This document shows positions 27,006 to 42,528 of a DNA stretch of 64,000 nt, piece after piece (positions within the stretch are counted from its first letter, which is position 1; each line of letters begins with the position of its first letter). The notes under the pieces were generated by a model. It was not told the DNA's origin. It searched no databases and was given only the letters and a program-made list of their open reading frames with translations. The stretch is from NCBI GenBank assembly GCA_951406725.2, contig OX597825.1, positions 26,536,001 to 26,600,000 on the forward strand. Reading direction: 5' to 3'. The DNA is from Octopus vulgaris (lineage: Eukaryota). The position numbers and the translations under genes are program-made.

Positions 27006-28312
27006 TAAATAGATAATTGTACCTTAGTAAAAGCCGGTAAGTCTGTATTATTGTTTGTTTCGTTTAAATGCTGATAAATCATGATGGAGTAGACGTCTAG
27101 CAGAAAAGCTTCTGATTCGTAGACTTTTGCCGAAGGATATGTTTGTAAATATCCTTTAATGTATATATTCTACATTCGTATGGATGCGTCTGGGTTTGGA
27201 GCGTATGGGTAGGACTTCTTTGACTGATTTACACATTAATCAGTTGCTGAACTGGTCACGTTACACGCAAAAAAACTCTTCATTAAAAATGTGTACGCCT
27301 AAGAACATCATGTATATAACATATCTGAGAAAGAAAAGCATTGCCAATAACTTGCTTGCCACACGCTTACGTTGATAATATCCACTCTCTGCAGCGGTGG
27401 ACAAGAGCTAATAGTTTCTGTTCACGCATCCACTGCGTCGTACTATTAAAACTATAATGAATACGTTAATACTTTCCCTAGCGTTACACCACTGCTACTT
27501 CTAGTATCACGTTTTATAATAATTAATTTTAATAGATTAACACGAGTACTTGGCTCTATTTTGACTTCTAAAATGAAATTTCATTATTACTGCCACTATT
27601 ATCATTATTGAATACTATTACTTTTGATGTGGTTTCTGTAAGAAATAGTATATTTATCGGTCGTGGAGTTTATAATCGATGCTGTTTTGCTTTTCCTATA
27701 TTATTATTATAACCTGGATATTCGGTAATAGTAAAAAGACAGCAATCACATTTTTTTTTCAGAAGATAAACACTGAAAAATTTCCTTAAATAATACAATG
27801 AAAATAAATACATAAATAAAAGAAAATAAATCACGAAATCCGCTTTCATTGCTGTATTCGTGTTATTTTCTTTTTAATTTCATTCACATAATCTGATTAA
27901 TTATCTAAGTTCAACATATAATTAAATTCTTTGCCTTGTATATTGTCAGCAAGAGATAAATAAAAGTAACACAATGAGGAAAGAAAAAAAAGCTCTAATC
28001 ATCTAAAAAAGAGCAACAAAATAGCAGGAAATAACAGTAAGTTGCAAAAACGGATCAATCTAAAGAGTAAAGGTATTGGCGGGGAAATTGATAGAAAAAT
28101 ACATCATCGAAAAGTAATGAATAGTTAGGTGGTATTTTTTATTTATCTCTCTCGGAATCACTCACACACTTCTTTATACTATGCATATATAAACAGTCAC
28201 ACACATATGTATATATATGTGTGTGTGTGTGTGTGTGTGCGTATATATATATATATATATATGCATGTATGCACGTATGTATGTATGTATATATATATGT
28301 AGGAATGTATGC

Positions 28313-28353
<41 letters not shown>

Positions 28354-28976
28354 TTCACATATATGCACAAACATGGATACAATCTCTGTATATAGAAATA
28401 TGTATATGTATAAATATGTATCTATTCAGGGGTGTGTGTATGTGTGCATGTGTGTATGTGTGCGTGTGCGTGTGTGTGCGCATGTGTGCATATGCCTGTA
28501 CACACGTGTGCATGTTCGTGTACGCGCGCGAGTGTGTGGTTGTATGTTTGTGCCCCTGTAATTTCGGGTTCAAGGGTGTATGCGCGAGCAAATATGAATG
28601 AAAATATATGACTGTGTATGAGACTGAAATTCAGTCTTGTATTCATTTATTTATATTATCCTGGCATTCTTTCTCTTCCACGTTCTATCGTCTGCGTTTG
28701 TGTGCGAATATCGACGAAGACAAAGAAACACCGCCAGGAGTACTTATATGCACATGTATAATTTATACAAAAGCGTAAGTTGTCCCTTTCACTCTCTCTC
28801 TCGCACAAACTCACACACACAGAAGTACACACATGCATAGACACACAGCCATGCATACACACATACATGTGTATAAACAATTATACAAAATTATCATTGT
28901 ACATGTATATATCTACATATATGTACTCACACACACACATACGCACACATACATTCATACGTATAAACATGCATAC

Positions 28977-29018
<42 letters not shown>

Positions 29019-29118
29019 TATATATAAGTATATATGCATATATACATATATAAATATATATATATATACATATATACTTATATATGTACGTATATATATA
29101 TGTCTCTATATATATATA

Positions 29119-29197
<79 letters not shown>

Positions 29198-29199
29198 GA

Positions 29200-29232
<33 letters not shown>

Positions 29233-30180
29233 TATAAATATATATATATATGTATATATATATATGTATATACATACATATATATATGTATATATATACA
29301 TATATATATGTATATATATACAAAGGGAACGTTTACGAAAATAAACAAGACTTATATACACATACACGTATGTATGCATATCTGTATGAGTGTGCGTGTG
29401 TGTGTGTGTTTGTGAGAATATATGTACATATATGTGCATTTATACACAGACGCACATATTGCTATAGTTATACAGAGAGAGATAGAGAAATATAACTATA
29501 GTTATTTACATTGTTTTTCTATTATTACCGTCCGTTATATATATTTTTGTTCTATCTTATTCCATCCATCACAGAGAGTCACGTGTGCCATCATTTATGT
29601 CAACACTTGTGCTACTCTCATTCATCTTTTTTTTTTTATTTCGTTAGAATGTTTGTTTTCTTTTTTGCCTTCCTTAATGTCATTACGACATGACAAACCC
29701 CGAATAACATTTCGTTTTCTGAGAAGCAATGAAAAATGTGATAAATAAATGAAACCTTAGAAATAAGAAAAGAAACAAAAACAAAAACAAAAAAAAAATG
29801 ATAAAGCAAAGCAATAAATGCAGCTAAATCAAATAACAAATCGCCAACATAATTTAAAGAGAACGTATATATATATTTCTTGCGCACTCTCCGGGAAGAA
29901 TGTTGGCTTGTACATAAAACAGGTCCTACAACAGAACACAATTTAGAAAGATGTTAGCGCCTGCAATGAGCAGCATATTTATAGGCGTCTTATTTCAAAC
30001 ACCTTCATATGTGTTCACGTACGAATCTCTTGGCCCTTGAGTCTCTCTGTAACTTCTGCTGATTAATAATAATAAAAATTCCATTTTATATAAATATTAT
30101 ATATTTGATTTCTTTTTAAACAGAATGAACGGGATAGGATTTGAGTACACGGATAACACAAAACGAATAAGATGAGTGTA

Positions 30181-30220
<40 letters not shown>

Positions 30221-32410
30221 TGTGTGTGTGTGTTTGTGTGTGTGTGTGCGTGCGTGCGTGTGTGTGTGTGTGTGTGTTAGGCGTCTTCATTCTAACGTGT
30301 TAGCCGTTTTCATTTTAGTAGTTTCATTACACATTACAATTGTTTAATATTATATTCGTTCTCTTCGTAGCTTTAAGTGTATATTTTCCTTCATTGTATA
30401 TATTATCGGGAATATAAGAGAGAAAAGATTTGTGATTAAAAAACGTAGAGAAATCGTGAAAGCGAGAGAGAGATAAAGCAATCATGAGAAACAGTGAGTA
30501 CTTTTGTCGGATAAACAATGTGAACTGTATGCTTTAACAAAAATGGCTGTCAACTCGTTCGTTAAAATTAAAACTAACTGAATTCATTTCATTCATGCTG
30601 AATCAAGTTACCAGACAAGTCATCGCTTCAATGATGTCGACTAAGCCCTTCCTTGAACTCATGTTGTACTTGTATCCAAGTTAGAAAAGCTTATCTGCTG
30701 ATACCCTTTTATTAACAGCAGTGACATAAAAATGCAGCATCCTCTGATACCGGATTTGAAGTCAGCCCCGAATAAATTTCGCAAATCACTTTCTATACCG
30801 CCCTGGACATCGTTCAGAACATTCCGTTTTTCCAACTTACAGTAGCAGCATAAACAGCCAAAACCCGAAAAGTATCATGTAGTTTTAATATTTGTATATC
30901 TACGTTGTGTTTTAGAAACTCTACTACTGAGTCGACCATGAATAATTTCAGCCTTTCATAAAAGTTAAAACATTGTTTTCAAATATTACATATACTGTAA
31001 TATATTTTAGTGGTCAAAGATATAACTCTGCTTGGATAAAATCTAACTAATGACTTTAACAGTTATTGAATAGGATCAATTTTAACAGAAAGTTTCTCCT
31101 AAAAATTTCGAGTGTGGTGTCGAATTATTCTCAGTAATTGAAAAAAATATGCTGTCGGTAAGCCTCTGATTTCTTAACTCATACCCTGGAAAGGCAAACA
31201 ATTCTTATAAACAATAGACATGTATTTACACACTACTTTAACATTATAGTCTAAATTTTTATATATTCCTTTTGCCAGTTAATTTAGTACATTATGATCT
31301 ATAATTAACTAAAGATGTCTTATGAGAAATTTTACGTTTAAACACCTAAGACAAAGTAATCCAAAGGAACATTCCTACAATCTGCCGGCCGGGCGCAATT
31401 TAATTTATATTAGTTCGCGATTTCTATTACAGTTGACGTAGAAGCCCTCTACATTTATAATAAAATATTCGATATGCAGTTGCGGTTTTATTCCAGGTAT
31501 GCATAGTATTGTTCGTAATAATTCTTGTTTATAACACATGCACACACATAAACACATGCACAAATGCGCGTACATACACACACACTCACACACATACGCA
31601 CACGCGCACAAATATGGATAAAGAGATATAAAGATATATAATCATAAGTGGCCCTGATCATATATGATATATTCAATCATCGAACCGTTCCCCACTTGAC
31701 CCATCTCATCGGTCCTGAACATTAGCCAAAATGTATAGTACAAGAATCGCCTGATTAAACGTACTCAGACATTACGTGTTATTACTGCCCGGCACCGTAG
31801 GCATTTTAAAGAATCTTCAACGTCTCTTATATTTTCAATGTTACTATTGACTCTTCTGAAGTGTATGGATAAACTAGCAGTTACTACCAGTGTCAACGCT
31901 AAGATTTTCCCGTGTGATTCAACACCAAATTTTTTATCTCGCTCAAAGATGCTTCCGTTCGTTCTACACTGTAATTCATTGTTAGTCTGTGGAGCTAAAA
32001 TGTTTTCAAAATTATTTTAAGTGTCAGTTTTCTAAGAGTGAACATTACATAAGTAGATCATATATTGCCTACAAGCAAGTGTCAATTGTGGAAATTCTTA
32101 AAGTAACGTGAACTGGAAAATGTCTATAAGTTTGCGAAAAAGAAATAAATGGATTTTATTCGAAGTTGGTAGTAGAGGTATAGATTTCTTATTGAGTTAA
32201 CCAAGTAACTTTATGATCTAATCTTAATGAGCTGTATTATATATATAACAGAACTATACAATGGCATCAGTCAAAAGAAATATATTTAAAACCAGTACAA
32301 ATCGGATGCTTCGTTATCCTATGTAATGGGCATTCGCAAGACATTAAAAAAATGTCCACACATTGTACAACAGCTAAGACGGAGAAATATTTGTAGCGAA
32401 ATGATTTGAA

Positions 32411-32575
32411 TAGGCATAGGAGTGGGTGTGTGGTAAGTAGCTTGCTTATGAACTATATGGTTTCGGGTTCAGTCCCACTGCTTGGCACCTTGGGCAAGTG
32501 TCTTCTACAATAGCCTCAGTCCCACCAAAGCCTTGTGAGTGGATTTGGTAGACGGAAATTGAAAGACGCCCGTCG

Positions 32576-32640
<65 letters not shown>

Positions 32641-32850
32641 GTGTCTGTGTTTGTCCCCCCAACATCGTTTGACAACCGATGCTGGTGTGTTTACGTCCCC
32701 GTAACTTAGCGGTTCGGCAAAAGAGGCCGATAAAATAAGTACTAGGCTTACAAAGAGTAAGTCCTGGGGTCGATGTGCTCGACTAAAGGCGGTGCTCCAG
32801 CATGGCCACAGTGAAATGACTGAAACAACTAAAAGAGTAAAGAGTAGAGT
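32411..32850 (+). mobile_element. SINE family 1, full length
   Basis: tRNA-like head (A-box TGTGTGGTAAG, B-box GGTTCAGTCCC), internal (TA)n/(TG)n, 3' tail TAAAAGAG. Highly similar to 59664-60075. Confidence 0.95.
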
Positions 32851-33504
32851 GAAGAGAGTAATCTAATATACATAGGATATGGATGTTGGTCCACGGAACT
32901 ATAAAACAATTATAAGTGCTGGAAGCAAACATATTCGACGTTAAAATTTAGCCTCAGCTAACAAAATCGCAGCGTTAATGCAGAGATGTTTTAGATATTT
33001 TGAAGTTAAATGATTTCCGAAATTATGTTTTGCAGGCAGCCGTACCAAAGGAACCATGCTTTCCACGGTAGTGGATGAAGAATAAGCAATTCAAACAAAC
33101 TTCGTCTAGATCAAAATATTCTTAAGATTTTCAAACCTCTTGTGAATTTGAAAAGAAATTCTGCTGATAAAACTGGAATTACAATATTGAACTTGTACTA
33201 AAATAACTACAACAGGTCAATTGACTACTTCTGGTGACCTCAAACGGTATTCAAGTACACACAGATATTAAGAAACTCTGATTGGAACAGAAGAAGTAAC
33301 AAAACCAAAATAATGTATATATAACAGAAGAAAAAATAAATATATAAAAACTGAACGGAAAAGAATAAAATTAATTGCATCTTGAACGAATTAAATATTT
33401 TGGAACTCTCATGAATCAAGAATGCAATATTTTCCCGTGATTAACAGAAACGATTGCTTTGGCAACAAGCCACAACAAACAAAATGTTTGTTACGCAGCA
33501 AGTT

Positions 33505-33712
33505 AATGATGATGATGAAGATGATGAGAGTAATTATAATGATGAAAAAAGAACGAATAATAATAATAGTAACAATAATAATAATATCAATACTACTACT
33601 ACTAATAATAATAATATTAATAATACTGACAATAATAATAATGATGATGATGATGGTGGTGGTGGTTGTGATGATGATGATGAGGAGGAGGAGGATGATT
33701 ATGATGATGATG

Positions 33713-33774
<62 letters not shown>

Positions 33775-33843
33775 TAGAAGAAGAAAAAGAAGAAGAAGAA
33801 GAAAAAGAAGAAGAAGAAGAAGAACAACAACAACAACAACAAA
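33505..33843. repeat. Compound triplet microsatellite (GAT)(AAT)(GGT)(GAG)(AAT)(AAG)(AAC)
   Basis: Directly visible. Confidence 0.97.
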
Positions 33844-35254
33844 ATGAAGAAAGAATGTCTCGCGCTGAATAACAACGTGGATGTGCTACACAGGGTTCTC
33901 TATTCAAAAACAAATCGATGGAATGGGATAAAGAGACCTGTGGGAGGAAGCGGTCTTTTAACGAAAATAATCACAAAAACGAACTTTTACAGCCATACAA
34001 AGCGGAGTATTTCTTATGCACGATGTCTCAGTAAAAATGTGCGAAACGTACACGAGAAATCAACATAGGAAAGTTTACAAATTATAGGATATAAATAGAA
34101 CAAAACAGTAAGTACATAAATTGAGTAATTAGGCACACACGCGAATGTCTACACAACCATATATACATTTTGATACCCATAGGAAAACATATACATCTCA
34201 ATGTTTACACAACTACGTGAAATTTGCAGGACAAAGATTCACGCATATGAGAACATGTGTCACAAACGAAGCGAAAACAAAACAAAAAAACAAGATCAGA
34301 ATTATTTTTGTTTACTTCTCGAATTAACACAGACAGATTGAACACTCCATATGTTTTAAAATACCACAAAAATCTGTGCCCGGAGATAAATCTATGAACG
34401 AAGAAATGCAGATGAATACAGATCTGTTAGCCATAAGAAGCTGCGTTACGTGTAATGTTTACGTGCAGATCACTCGGAGACGGTGTTGTCCCAAAAAATT
34501 AACCCTAAACAATCAGATCCGCCCCATAATGTCAACGCCCAAGCTCGTCATGACTGAATGATAATAAAGCAATATACAAACCGGATTGGTCCTCGACCGG
34601 AACACAAGGGGCCACGTACTCGATTGATGAACCAGATTCCATACGAAACATCAGCTACTGGTTCAAATCTCCCCGAAACACAGGATCCGCAAGTATCCCT
34701 CAACCGGAATATCCAAACAGATGGCCATCCATGTTCGTTATAAAATAACCAAAAGAAAGAGAATGAAAATTGATCTAGGGTAGATAATAAATAATTTATT
34801 ATGTCATTCTACCATGCCATATATCTCCCCACAAATAAATCTAATACTGTTTCAACCTACTTAAACTGGAGGCAGAAACACATTGAAGTATAACCCTACA
34901 TAGAATATGCAGTAGTATGGACGTTTAAAGTTGAATTGAAAACAAACGAATATTTACCACATTGACATCTCTAAAGTACGTCTAATTCCCAAATGAAACG
35001 CAATCCATTCAAACGCAAGGGAGAAACCAACTCAAGATTTGATAAGATGAAACATGGCCAACTCCACATTGAGCTGCATTGATTACGACTTTGTACTCAA
35101 GAGGTACAGACTTAGAAGTATCCATACCTAACATTGTTCATTAAAACTTCCTTCAGTTAACGCCAACTTCTTCAAAGTAGTGTGCGCTTCAATCGTTTCA
35201 ATACTTTCTCGCATAACTTAATCTTCTTTGCATGAGTCACCTCAGTCATTTTAT

Positions 35255-35572
35255 CTTTTATTTTTTTACTTGTTTCAGTCATTAGGCGACTTTATACTAG
35301 AGCAGCATCTTGAAGACATTTTGGTCGAATGAATCGACCCTGGTACTTATTCTATCAATTTCTGCCAGCGAACCGTTAATCTACGGAGACGCAAACACAC
35401 CAACCGGTTGCCAAGCGGGGATGAGGCAAGAAACAGACACACACACAAACACACACACACACACACACACATACACAAATACACACAAACACACGCACAT
35501 ACAATAATACGATGAGCGTCTGTTGAGTTTCTGTCTACTAGATCCAATCACAAGGCTTTGGTCGGCCCGGAG
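35255..35572 (-). mobile_element. SINE family 1, 5'-truncated
   Basis: Reverse complement of the SINE tail and core (TACTTGTTTCAGTCATT..CACAAGGCTTTGGTCGGCCCG). Confidence 0.88.
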
Positions 35573-36055
35573 TTTTCTTTTGTCGGTTTCCTGTGAAGAA
35601 TTTCTGATGCTGATACTCATTCTGTATCGTCTCCCTCTGACCATCAAACAATGAGTGGTACAACTACTTGTGGCCAAGATAGACAAGAAGCAAAGTAATT
35701 TCTTGAACGATCCTTAAATTTGCTACAAATTACCTAGATTATAGCTATTATATTCCTTTCGAGAATCAGTCAAACATTTCGCTTGTTCGTGTCATTTCAT
35801 TGCAATTTACGACAAATCAAAGACGATTTCACTTCGCTACATATCTGGTACGACGTAACAAGCTGCATGTACTGAGGTTAGTTGATGTGTTTATATATGT
35901 TAGCGTGAAAGAGAGAAAGCGATTTCGTATGTGCATATGAAACAGAAAGCGTAATCATATGTTTCAGTGAAATTTATAACTACATTGTGTATTTATTGTC
36001 TGTATGTGTTTACTATATTTTAAACATGCGCAGACAAGTTAGTGTGCACGACTTA

Positions 36056-36091
<36 letters not shown>

Positions 36092-36219
36092 GCCTGCCTA
36101 CAAGGCTGCGTGTGCGCATCACTTTCGACAACCAATACTACCTGGAGCTAGTTTTAAAATGTGTTTCCGTGCGTGTGCGCTTTAATGCCTGTGTGTTTTA
36201 TGTCCTACAGTGTGTATAT

Positions 36220-36478
<259 letters not shown>

Positions 36479-36779
36479 CAAATATGCAATTACAACCCAG
36501 TTGTCAAAATAACCTTAAAAACTTGAAAGTTTACAATTTTCTATGAGTATATAATTTTTTTGACTACTGGAATACCTCTCCCCTCCAACACAAGAACACT
36601 CTAGAGCGCCTCAGGTCATCTAACTAAAATCAACTTAAAACTTCAATATCTCAGATTTTCTCTGAGTATATAATTTCTTCTGACTGCTCGAACACGCAAA
36701 TGTTTCTCTTTTCATCATTAAGAAAATTTGAAGAACCTCAGGCTGCATTTCTTTCACTGCAAGCTTCAAAATTCAAGAC

Positions 36780-36880
36780 TCAATGTTCTGAATACTCCCC
36801 AGAACTGATAACAACTACAGAAATTGAAGATTTGGAATCTGTACAAGCTTCAATATTACGAAAGATGCAAAGCGCTGCCG
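36780..36880 (+). mobile_element. Possible CR1/L2-type LINE remnant
   Basis: EYSPELITTTEIEDLESVQASILRKM resembles the post-RT motif EYxxxxWxPxxxxxIxxLExVQRxFT. Confidence 0.4.
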
Positions 36881-38196
36881 ATCATTTAATACACTCAGAA
36901 AACAGTTAAGCACGTATAGTTGGAATTATTCTGCTGTAACATACATCCATTAAAAATTATAAACATAGTACTATTGTAAATATTTATTTAGTTCTCTTTG
37001 GGCGATTGCATACACAAATAGTAACTGGAAAAAAAACAAGTCGATTTGCCACATGGTTCTCTGTAACGTAGTTTAACTGCATTTATAGTACTGAAAAATA
37101 AACCTATTAGATATTGTAAGCACAGTAATGATGCATATACTTATTTACTTATTTATCAATCCGTGAAGGTGAATAGAAGCAGCAACTGAAACAAGTTTGC
37201 TAGTTTTCTTCATGGCTTGCTTCTCCTACCGAATGCACCACGAATCGCATACGTGCTATGTAGTAAACATCAATAACTCCTGCTAATTCTGTTAAATATT
37301 TTGACCGTATATTGACCTTCCTAAACTGTTCAAACTACAGTAGCTCTGTCAGAGACGAAGCATCAACAGCAGCAGAATTTCAGAACGTATGAAATTTTAA
37401 TCCTTTCTAATATTCCATTATCTTTTTTTATTTTCTTTTGAATGTCTACTGAATCTATTTATAGATTAATAATATTTGTATATTTTCCCTCAGTACACCT
37501 GTCAGATTCTCATTCTTTCTCTGTCTCCAGTTACCTCATTCCACTGATTATTTAAATCCTGTTCCAATGAAATGGTACCTAAGAACTTTTTATATCGTCT
37601 CTGCATAGCAATCTTGCCTACACAAGATACACAATTAATATCACCCATTCACATCTACGACAGATTTGTGATTACAAATGGTCTTTCGGTAATCATATAG
37701 CAAAGTCTTCTATGCAAGTGAGATACACGCTGCTGGTTCATGTAATATAATGCAACCAGTCCATTCAAAATATAGTGATTATTGCTTAATAATAAAAAGA
37801 AATTATAAAGGACAAAAAATGACTTTATTACCTGCTTGTCAGGGGTCTCACTTGCTATAATTATAAATGCACACCGCCTTAGTAATAAGGACAACACAAA
37901 GATTATTACAAACGAATGTCTCCCATTAACGATCGGAACATCCTGAGTCAAGTTGATCTGTCTCATGGTTGAACCTTTCCCATACCATAGGCAAAAGTCT
38001 TTTATTTTATTAAGATAATTCCAGACATTAGCACAGCATGCACATCGTCTTCATATATCAAAAAAAGGAAGGGCGTTTAGTGGTCTATTGGACTGCAACA
38101 CACTTTCCATCATACTTAAATCGAAGGAAGAAAATCCCTACTAACTGCAAGAAATATAACGAAAATAAGTTGTTGACCAAATTTTTATCCAACATA

Positions 38197-38237
<41 letters not shown>

Positions 38238-38339
38238 TTTAAAGAATATATTCTAACTAAAATATATCTTCTAGCCAATAAACATATTACATTTCAAGTA
38301 ATGGGCTAAAATGTATCTTTACAAAAGAAATAGAGAACC

Positions 38340-39150
38340 TAGTACGAGTAGTAGTCAGACAGAGGAACTCAACGAAATTACTTCCGGTGCCTATGTCACC
38401 TAGATTCATTACAGTAGCTGCAGAAACATTGACATTGAATTTGAAAATTTCTGTCAGAATAAATGAAAGCCAAACACATCGAACAGAGAAACAGGATTCG
38501 CCACTGAAAAGAAAATGATAGAATAGTAGGTAAGGTAAGTGAAGTTTTAAAATCGATCTTGAATGAAACTGAAGTAAATCATAATGCCCCCAAGGATTTA
38601 TTCAATGCTTCAGCTTTAATAACCAATGCATTGCTTCGCGTTCAAGTAAAATGAACGACTCAAAATGTAACCTGGAAACCACCTCGGAAAGACTGAATTA
38701 TAATTATGACATACCTACTCAGATCTGATTTTGAAATCCTCTTGAACATCAAGACCGAGTAAAATGTTAAGATACAAAGAAATAAGTTGCCGAAAATAAA
38801 TAAAACATACGGCTAAAAGAGGGTGACTGAAACCTATGATGGAATCGAAATAAACCAACAATTTATCCCGATCTATGAAGAGCGAATAAAGGGGCACGAG
38901 AAAAGATCAAACATATTCCAACATAATAGGATAGTCCCAATCAGTACTAAAACTTTCACGGAGGAGAAAGTACAACATCTTGGAAATCGATGTAGTCGTA
39001 CATCAAAGAAGTCTATTATGGTGCTCCTTGGATTCACAAGCAAGTCCCAGAGAGTGAACATATTGAATCGCATATATGAAAACAATATATCTGTTGCAGA
39101 CCTCGGGAGTGCAGTAAGAAAGTCTAGCAAAAGTAAATAATCTGGAAATC
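38340..39150 (+). mobile_element. Decayed R4/Dong-like non-LTR retrotransposon ORF fragment (upstream of RT)
   Basis: Frameshifted motifs in the expected order: WKPPxK, SWKSM..GAPWI (FWxxIW..AxW), ISVADLGSAVRKSSKSK*SG (ITxxDVxxAxKxxxNWKxPG). Confidence 0.55.
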
Positions 39151-41012
39151 ATGAAATTCTTCACTTCTGCGTAAATCCCTTCTCTGAATCCCATGATAAA
39201 AACATAGCAACAACAACAGCCACGACGGCAACAGCAACAATAACAACAAAGATGATGATGATAAAAGTAATAAGTGTAATACAAGCAGCACCCTAAGGCT
39301 GTAACTAAGGGGGAAAATGTAACGAGATTTTGAGACTGTCTACTACATACAAACAGAAACACCACAGCTATTAAAGCGGATTTTGTAGTGCAAAAATTAT
39401 TTTACCTGGTTGTCAGATATACTGAGATATGCTGAATTCTACATGTTTTTTTTTTCATTCTCCCTCTAGTTTCTTTATTCCTTTATGTTGAATATGGTAG
39501 GTTTAAAACGCTGTATATTTTTTTCTCGAGCGTTAAACCAATACAGTTGCTTGCTGTTCATACGTCTGTCTGTCTTTTTGTTTTTCCATAAATTTCAGCA
39601 ATACTTTTTTCAACACAACTTCATTTGATTTTGTAAATGAACAATCTGGTGTGTTTAATTTAATAGCTTATCAATATATACAGCGTACATTTACCACGAA
39701 TTCTACAATATAGCAATTCTTATGTAAGAAAGTGACAACTACACATGAAAACGCGAATGACATGACTGAGTACAACCATATTTGGGAGATATATACCAAT
39801 GGTTTCAACTTAACTGTAGCTGTGTTTCCTCAGACTGTTGATTTGTGAATTCCAGCAGAAGAGGAGATCCTTTTAACTTTCCACTTCAATAATTGCAGCA
39901 TCTAATTTTGTAAATATATATAAGAGAAATTGCATTGTTTTATTCTTAATATTTTACCCATGTCCCGAATAGATATTTTAACTGAACGTTCATTAATGAA
40001 AATACGTGAGAGAAAATAGTTAATTTGTTTTAAATGAAGGAGCTTATTGACTGGTATTTTTCCTGAAATCCATAAAATACTTCTAAGGTCATTATTTTAT
40101 AATGCACTACAATAACAGCTTGCCCCACAGACATAAGAAACATGTCCATTAACAAAACAGTTTCTTTAACATCTCCACAATTATTTTACATCTGCTCGGA
40201 GATTACACTGGTGGTCATTGAAATGGATTGCAGTAAAAAGGAACTCTATCTTGGTATTGAATTGCATTAAAAAGGATCTGAATATTAACGCAAAAAATCA
40301 TTTAAATGCACTGAATGAGCGATGGCGAGAGATGGTGTTAAATTTCTATGCCGTAAAACATTCTAATCTCCGTAGTGATGAATCAATAAAATGTCGCCAT
40401 TCTCTCTCAATATGCCTTCCAGATCACTTAAGAAAAGTACATTAATGCCAATGGCAGCGGTAGAGAGGAACACACTGAATTTGAAGTGAATTGTTAAATT
40501 AACATTTCTCTGTATAATAGCTAGCTATACAAAGTGTCCTTCCGACAAACGAGAAGCGAAAAGTCGCTGTCTTAAATACTGAGTATTATAAATACCTCAG
40601 AAAACCTTTAAAGCTTCTATGTGTGAAAAGAAGTAGGTCGCTAGTCTCATCAACATAGTATTAGAAAACCGTCTGTATTTCAATAGCTCCATCAGCAAAT
40701 ACAACGTCGCCAATATGCAATTCATTTCCAATATATTTGAATATATTTCGAATAGAAATATGGGCCCAGAGTGGTTCCTTATACAATAATTTGAAGAAGC
40801 GTATCCACGTTAGAGTGAATTAGTTTGAGATAGTTTACTTATGAAGGAGAGACATGATTGATAACTACATTCTGTATGTATATTGAGTTTACCCCATCTT
40901 CCACTCGACGTCATTTCGAAATGATTTAAGAATCTGATATTCGTTCTTCATAAACTACATGAATACGTACAAACTTGATAAAATACACATAGCAGTCAAA
41001 ATGTTTGTTGTA

Positions 41013-41257
41013 CAGTAATCCCTCGGCTATCGTGGATGTTACGTTCCAAAACCCCCGTGACTGGTGAAAATCCTCGAAGTAGAAACCGTACTGTATTGCA
41101 TATTTTGTTATTATTTTTATAATTTGTATGTATTTATTTTATTATAAATGCAAAACATCACGGAGGGAGCGACGTGAGCTTGAATAATAAATCGCGATAC
41201 GTGAACCGCGATACGTGAACCGCGATACATGAACTGCGATATAGCAGCAGGTTACTG
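41013..41257. mobile_element. Tigger/pogo-like MITE with TA target duplication
   Basis: TA|CAGTAATCCCTCGGCTATCG ... CGATATAGCAGCAGGTTACTG|TA; internal 14 bp tandem repeat CGCGATACGTGAAC x3.5 at 41193-41241. Confidence 0.8.
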
Positions 41258-42371
41258 TATATCTTTTATATGTTGCTTAAATTTTCATTTTGAAGCTATG
41301 CATATATAGCGAGAACGCTCTAGTTGAATTTTACTTTCTCTAGACATTTAAAAATAATTTATCTAGTATATATTACATCAGGAAATAAACAGAAAAAGTT
41401 ACATACAGTTCACATTTATGAAATTATTAGCAAAGCGAAAGATTCAGATATATAGCAACAGAACTCGTTATTATGATTCGTTTAATGTAATATAAACATG
41501 TTTGAATTTTGTAAGGAATTACTCAAACGCCTTCAACGTCACTGTTACTTTACTTTTCATTTTTATTGACTCCGGAGAAAAAACAAATGATTAGATCTGA
41601 GTCTTATCCGTGAGAGAGGAATCCAATATAAAATGTTTAAAATATTATGTACGCATAAATTTATCACTGTTTTACTTAAGTAATATACAAGGCAAGACTG
41701 CATGATGAAATAAATACTTTGGAAAACAAATGCAAAATCTACGACTCACACGCTAAACACTAATTAGTTTTCTTGTTGATGGTAACCAACGTAGACAATC
41801 CGGTAAAAGTTATTTGGGAAGAGAACGGTGAAGCTACAACATTTTATAATCTGTAGTGTAAGTGAAAACCTGTGCGGTAGAATATGATAATGAATCTTTG
41901 AAACAATAATATTTCGCACAATGACGTACATATTGACTGTACACGATATTCATCCATCTCATATTGACTTAGAAACGCATGAATATACTTGAATAGAAAG
42001 AATACCGATTGCGAGATGAAACAAAAAATACATTCTACCCAACCAGCAAAAGAACAAAAAAAACAACAAATTAAATCATGCGATCAATGAACAAAAATAC
42101 AAAAGTAATAGTAGGTTATAGGGAGACAAGTGAAAAATAACTATATGCATTGTTCCTCCCTGACCATTGTTGCTAAAGCAATGGGCAGTGAGCAACTGAT
42201 GGTGACTACATAGAGAATTGCATTTCAATGCCAACGAGTAGATAAAAACTTCTCCTCAAAGAATACGTTGGAACATTATTCTGAGATACAATTATTTTTG
42301 ATATAACCCTTCTCACAGGAATAGCGAATAGAGCAAATGTATTTTCTATTATCCTCTTGTTTAACTTTTCC

Positions 42372-42528
42372 AGTCGTCCCCAGTGTTCAACTGCTCCTTA
42401 TATTATCAACCCTTAGAAGATGAAAAACCAAGTTGAATTCAGTGCAATTTGAACTCAGATCGTAAAGGCTACGAAATGCAGCGAAACATTTTACCCCGCG
42501 CGCTAACGAATCTCCTAGTTCGCTGCCT
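42372..42528 (-). mobile_element. SINE family 2 (tRNA-like head, CTGAGTTCAAAT B-box)
   Basis: The reverse complement reads GGCAGCGAACTAGGAGATTCGTTAGCGCG..TCTGAGTTCAAATTGC. Related copies at 57880-58070, 59430-59530 and weakly 11575-11700. Confidence 0.75.

Noticed and set aside
32411-32485. tRNA-like A/B boxes as tRNA genes
   Set aside because: They are SINE heads; no complete cloverleaf.
36510-36700. Two diverged 65 bp units about 120 bp apart
   Set aside because: Real but small and old local duplication; no further structure evident.
40218-40445. ORF with NLRSDESIKCRH resembling the PLE C-terminal LNxRxE..CRH motif
   Set aside because: Single short motif; upstream GIY-YIG motifs not recoverable.
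41193-41241. Short direct repeats as a CRISPR array
   Set aside because: Contiguous 14-mers without spacers, inside a MITE, in eukaryotic DNA.
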